Of a stretch of DNA of 25,119 nucleotides, positions 19,975 through 25,119 are shown in pieces. The notes beneath the pieces were generated by a model that worked only from the letters and a program-made list of their open reading frames with translations, made no database searches and was not told where the DNA came from. The stretch comes from Octopus sinensis (taxonomy: Eukaryota). The first letter of the stretch is position 1; each line of letters starts with the position of its first letter. The translations under genes and the position numbers were made by a program. The stretch is from NCBI RefSeq assembly GCF_006345805.1, contig NW_021836244.1:1-25119 (forward strand), in the 5' to 3' direction.

Positions 19975-20810
19975 AGGTCTTTCTAGGGACGTCACGCTCT
20001 TTAGTGTTAGTGAGCGACTGGTCGCCATTTTGGATACACATGTGGCTTGGAGAAAGCGGTGCGCAAGCTCCGCAAACCAGCTCATTCGTTTCCGAGCGAC
20101 AGGTTTCAGTCTACAGGTTCCGAGTGGATTACACGTATGCCTCAGTCGGGTCATCCAGATTTTATCTAGATAGGGTATTTTGTAGGCCAGCAGAGAGGGA
20201 AAGCACAGGTTGTCCACAATTCGAACTCGTCAGCTATACAGACCACAAATTTCTGCTCTATACTGCTGACCTAGATAGGCTTCATAGGCAGGGTCCCAGA
20301 CACTGGAAGCTGAACGCGTCCTTCACCGGCACGCGAAGCTTTCAGAGAACGACTTAGCAAGTTAGTCATCGAAAGTTGACGGATGCAGTCGTCAACAACC
20401 GATGGTAGGTAGCCCTAAAACGGGTGATTAGAGTAGAAGCTGTAGTATTTAGTAGATGTAGGATGGATCCGGCCATCGCCCGAGTCCATCGAGAAGATCG
20501 CTCAGCTCCTTCTTTTGGCCGGGAAGGACAGGCAGTTATTCTCCGCCAGGTGGCTATGGCGAAAGAGATTGTGTGGTGGACGCGATTGAAAGTGTTGAAG
20601 ACGGGTACCTTCTTCTTCGCCCAAGGCCTGACTGAATTTTTCAGGTTCCAACTGAAATGGGAAGTTAGGCTGAAGAGGGAGATGCTGTCACCCAGTGTTT
20701 GTTGAAAGGTAGGTGAAAGTGGCAAGAATGGCCCGTGTGAATGGGCCTACTCTAAGTGTGCGCCTGTAGGCTGGATGGGATGAGAAAAGAGGGGTGCTTA
20801 CTTGAGGTGC
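19975..20810 (+). mobile_element. Tx1/L1-clade LINE ORF2 fossil: APE C-terminal part fused to the ORF2 C-terminus, with the RT deleted
   Basis: It reads FLGTSRSLVLVSDW/AILD (degenerate GDxN motif), DYTYASVGSSRFYLDRVF, SYTDHK (SDH motif, 20232-20249) and GPRHWKLNAS (the WKLN motif after the APE in L1/Tx1). It continues W*ALKRVIRVEAVVFSR, then VAMAKEIVWWTRLKVLK..FFRFQLK..VKVARMARVNGPTLSVRL* (stop 20767-20769). Frameshifts and stops are present. The Tx1 versus L1 assignment is from motif recall. Confidence 0.8.
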
Positions 20811-20811
20811 C

Positions 20812-22036
20812 TTAGACATGTCATGGATCGACTATTGTCAGGCGAACGATATGATCCCACATTCTTTGTTTGGGATTGCATCGAATGTTGAGCGATTGTT
20901 TAGAAAAATTTTGGCGAAATGGGGGACAGAACTGACAGCATATGGAAGAAGTTTGGGGACAATAGAAATCAGGAGAGGCATCTTCCTAGAGAAATAACTG
21001 TCCCCACTGTTCTTTATACTGTGCATGATGTCACTAACATTGATTCTGAGGAAAGTAAAGGCTGGGTATGTATTCAAGTACCGTCAACCACTTGGATTAC
21101 CTCAAACTTTATGGTAAAATGAATCTCATACTTTCGGTGCTAATGTCAGAATGGAGTTCTGACTGAAAATGAGTGTCTTCAAGAGAGGCAAAACTAAATG
21201 TATGGGCGCGCTAGCGTTACCATCGGGAGAGGTTATGAAGCAAATAGAAGAGACGGGCTATAAGTTCTTTGAGATATTGGAAATGGATAAACTGATGGAG
21301 AAAGAAATCACAGAAAAATTTAAGGTGGAATACTTGCGCAGACTGAGACTGATCCTTAAGTCGAAATTAAACGGACGGAATAAGATTGAAGCTATCAATA
21401 CCTGGGCGGTTTCACTCCTTAGATATGGAGCAGGGGTAATAGTATGGACAGTAGACGAACTAAACAGCTAAGACAGAAAGACAAGGAAATTGCTGACTAG
21501 ATATGGAATACTCCACCCAAAAAGTAACACAGACAGACTGTATGTACCAAGAAAAAGAGGTGGAAGAGGACTTATTGGATGCTAACACAGCATTAGATCA
21601 GAAGAAAACAACATAGCATGTAAAAAGTGCCACAGAACCGCTATTATTGGAAGTAATGATGTCAAGCCTGTGTAGGATGGAAGATTTGTGCTGCCTAAGA
21701 GCAAGCATTAAGAACCAATTACATCAAATACAGAATAGACAACACATCAGAAAGTGATAAGTGCAGAGTTTGTGGACAAAATGGTGAGATCGTAAGGCAT
21801 ATTACTAGTCAATGTACGCCACTAGCCCAGAAATAATATTAGAGACGTCATGGCAACATAGCAAGGATTGTCCATTGGACACTTTGCCACAATTATGGAC
21901 TTGACAGAGCAAAAAAGTGGTACGAACATAAAGCCGAAGGCATCATCGAAAGTGATAATGCAAAGATCCTATAGGAATTTATGATTCAGTGTAACCATAA
22001 AATAGAGATTAGGAAACCAGACGTAGTGCTAATTGT
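20812..22036 (+). mobile_element. R4/Dong-like non-LTR retrotransposon fossil (RT, CCHC knuckle and RLE start)
   Basis: RT motifs: MSWIDYCQANDMIPHS; LGTIEIRRGIFLEK*LSPLFFILCM (for RGIFQGDSLSP); VNHL-DYLKLYGK (for NHLLFMDDLKLYGK, with the catalytic site destroyed); KSKLNGRNKIEAINTWAVSLLRYGAG; LHPKSNTDRLYVPRKRGGRGL. The knuckle CRVCGQNGEIVRHITSQC (CX2CX8HX4C) is at 21762-21815, followed by RRHGNIARIVHW, KWYEH and RKPDVVLI. There are many stops, frameshifts and deletions. Confidence 0.9.
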
Positions 22037-22345
22037 AATGGATTCCATGTTACCAGTAGCACTCATGAGAGACCTTACAAGCGACCTGAGATAAATACAT
22101 ACATACGTACGTACATACATACAATTTGTAAATGGAACAACAATAATGTGCAAGACTTTTCTCAAGTTTAAAATGTGAATTGGTTTATGTTGTCTGCATT
22201 CCAACTACAGTGCTTTGTATCTCTCTTAGAAACCAGCTCCTTCAGAGGAAAAATTCAAAGAACTAAAGGTAAAACACAAACACACACACATGTACGCGTG
22301 TGTGTATATGTATGTGTATGTGTTAGTGCTCTCATGTATGTATAG

Positions 22346-22380
<35 letters not shown>

Positions 22381-22409
22381 ATGTACATATACACTTGTAT
22401 ATGCTTCGT

Positions 22410-22640
22410 ATGGGTTGTGGCAGTCATAAACTTACGATCGTCATATCCATTTCGGGACGGGCTCTGCGCTGTGTTCTTGAGCAAAACACTTCATTTCGCG
22501 TTGTTCCAGTCCACTGATCTGTAAAAAAAAGCTCGGATGTTTACTCTGTAACGGACCGGTCTCACATTCACAGAGAACTGTTGAATCGCAATTACTTATA
22601 AGCCATGGAAACTGGGCTAAACCTCGCCTTATGAAACCTA
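22410..22640 (+). mobile_element. Diverged copy of the family C (CORE-like) SINE
   Basis: 22470-22515 matches 24479-24524 at 43/46 positions; the head and tail are degraded and the edges are approximate. Confidence 0.65.
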
Positions 22641-22656
22641 AGGGCAAAGAACGTCG

Positions 22657-22700
22657 TACATACATACGTACATACATACATACATACATACATACATAGA

Positions 22701-22734
<34 letters not shown>

Positions 22735-22763
22735 CATACATACATAAATACATACATACATAC
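22657..22763. repeat. (TACA)n microsatellite
   Basis: Seen directly. Confidence 0.95.
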
Positions 22764-23125
22764 ACAGACATGGATGCATATATACATATATACACACACA
22801 AACACACACATATACATATAGACATATGTACAAGCATATTGTTACACACACGCACATACACACAAACATACAAATAATTTATACGTACATATATGACTGT
22901 GTGTGTGTTCAGATGTGGGCATTTAGAGGAACCGACATCTGCCATTTTTATGTATATGCATGTTTTTCATTCTGCGTTTTGATGTGTATAAGACTATACA
23001 TAATGATCGTATGTTTCTATACATGAGTATATATGTGTCTGAATTCGTATGTCCATATCGAGTGAACGCGTATGAATATGAGATAAAGTTATCGGAGGAA
23101 CGAAACGGTTTATACCAATATGAAA

Positions 23126-23158
23126 TGATAGATAGATAGATATAGGTAGATAGATAGG

Positions 23159-23218
<60 letters not shown>

Positions 23219-23475
23219 GAAATAGATAGCTATATAGATAGATAGATAGATGCATACAAACATACATGCATACATATATATATACATACATAGATTGATA
23301 TGTATATACGTATATGTATATATATGGTACATATATATATATACATACATATACATACACATGCACATATTTGTGTACATACACACATACCTACATATAT
23401 ATACATATGTGTACATATATATATCTATATCTATATATATATATATATGCATATATATATACATATATATACACA

Positions 23476-23536
<61 letters not shown>
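23126..23536. repeat. (GATA)n followed by degenerate (AT/AC)n microsatellite
   Basis: Seen directly; it explains the Y/I-rich ORFs. Confidence 0.95.
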
Positions 23537-23540
<4 letters not shown>

Positions 23541-24200
23541 CGAGTGAGAGAGAGGGAAGAGTGCGGTAGAGAAAGAGGGAAATAGGATACAGACAGAGAT
23601 AGTCAAAGGAGAGTGTTTCTATAGATTCTGCTGTCAAAACAAACGCGTCGTTTGGAAGTCTATCAGGCCATTTAATACTTAACATGGTTTAGCCCCCAAA
23701 CTGTAGGTCAGAGAATCCATCACAGTTGCTACTTCCTCCATTCTGTGTAGCCTAAAGCCATCAACACCATTGTAATGAGGTTTCTGTGTGGTTAGCAAAG
23801 TACAGAAATCAATAGAATCGATCATAATGTTTGCAAAATAAATCTTTTCTTCTTCGGCATCTACTAATATATAAAAGCAAATGGCTTAATGGATTCGTCA
23901 CATACATGTTTCGTGTGATTTTGCCAGCCCCGATAAAAGCGCACCTATAATATTATGCGTTCCAGTTGTGGCTATCAAGTCTTTTCCTTTTTTTTTTCGT
24001 TTTGCTTTTTTTAATTTTATTTTGTTCTTTTCTGATTTTTTTTTTTTTGTATTTTGCTGGGATTTTTTTTTTCATGCATGGTGTATCCAGGACTACATTA
24101 TCCGATATGTCCCTTTTCCTCCCTAACTTTGTAAGATTTGCTTCGAGGAACATTTCGTTGCTATATACTACAGATGGAGAGAATACCTAAAGCCTCTGTC

Positions 24201-24204
<4 letters not shown>

Positions 24205-24246
<42 letters not shown>

Positions 24247-24266
24247 TGTGTGTGTGTGTGCGTGTG
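24205..24266. repeat. (GT)n microsatellite
   Basis: Seen directly. Confidence 0.95.
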
Positions 24267-24394
24267 TTTCTACACACATTCCCGTTTGCATATTTAGCTC
24301 TCTGTAAGTTCGGATCAAGTAGAAATATGGTGACATTTGTTCCAGCTGGGACTAACCAATGGTTTTGTTTTCATGCATAGCATATCAATTTGTC

Positions 24395-24661
24395 GTGGAG
24401 GCGCGTGGCTTAGTGGTTAGGGTGTCAGCATTCATGATTGTAAGATTGTGGTTTCGATTCCTGAACCGGGCGACGCGTTGTGTTCTTGAGCAAAACACTT
24501 CATTTCACGTTGCTCCAGTTCACTCAGCTGGCAAAAATGAGTAACATTGTGATGGACTGGCGTCCCGTCCAGCTGGGGAACACATACGCCATTGAAACCG
24601 GGAAACCGAGGCCATGAGACTGACTAGGCTTTAAAAGGGCGCATTTATTTATTTATTTATT
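24395..24661 (+). mobile_element. Full-length tRNA-derived SINE (family C, CORE-like central domain) with (TTTA)n tail and 13-bp TSD
   Basis: A-box TGGCTTAGTGG and B-box GGTTTCGATTCC. The central CTTGAGCAAAACACTTCATTTCACGTTGCTCCAGTTCACTCAGCTGGCAAAAATGAG resembles the MIR/CORE domain (recalled, not searched). The TSD is ATATCAA(T/C)TTGTC at 24382-24394 and 24662-24674. Confidence 0.9.
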
Positions 24662-24726
24662 ATATCAACTTGTCATATTATCCAACTATTCCCTCCTTTT
24701 AAAAGGGGTTCGTACAATGTTTCGGT

Positions 24727-24753
24727 GAAATTTGACTGATATTTCTCGCAAGC
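24727..24753 (-). repeat. Member of a short dispersed, decayed repeat (GCTAGAAATAGCAGC.AAATT motif)
   Basis: Similar motifs occur at about 3730-3747, 14553-14602, 15435-15463 and 17359-17400 (all +). Confidence 0.4.
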
Positions 24754-25119
24754 TAAGTAATCCATTTCATGCTTTTTTTCTTTGGATTTGACCTCATGTC
24801 CCTCCCCTTATAACCAGGTACTCCAATACCCTAACCACACAGATGCCTGCACAGCCATATTTACGTTCAACACCACTAGTCACTATTTTCTCTTATTTTT
24901 ATCGTAATAAACACATGGACCCGATAAGAGAATACCTTTTAGACTTTATTTCATTATAACATCCTCTGGAACCTCCATCTACATCTCCGCTGATAACCAA
25001 TCATGAAACATCAAATGTTCAAAGACATCCTTTGCAGTATTAGATAGAAGACCCAATTATTTGTCGACGACGAAAACTTAAAATTGCTGGAACTGCTACG
25101 AATTGAGTGACAAATTGTA

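Overview
Eukaryotic, AT-rich, microsatellite-dense intergenic or intronic DNA. It is most likely from an octopus (coleoid cephalopod), judged from recall of its SINE families rather than from a search. I cannot support any intact protein-coding gene; most ORF-track entries are translated microsatellites. The one clearly intact gene is tRNA-Ala(AGC) at 7776-7848 (-), with an oligo-T terminator. The rest is transposon material: a Tc1 IR/DR end with a C-terminal transposase fossil, two mariner fossils, an RT-less Tx1-type LINE abutting a decayed R4/Dong-type RT-RLE LINE, and at least four tRNA-derived SINE families. The most interesting signals are three. (1) A SINE system in which one 3'-tail type is joined at exactly the same nucleotide (GAAATACCTATTTCTTTAC, 4 times) to related SINE bodies with different tails, suggesting self-targeted integration or a programmed template jump. 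(2) A 219-bp foldback element whose loop is a tRNA-like core. (3) A hidden 70-bp inverted pair of CCAAT/octamer-like/ETS-like modules 515 bp apart, possibly inside a Kolobok-like element.
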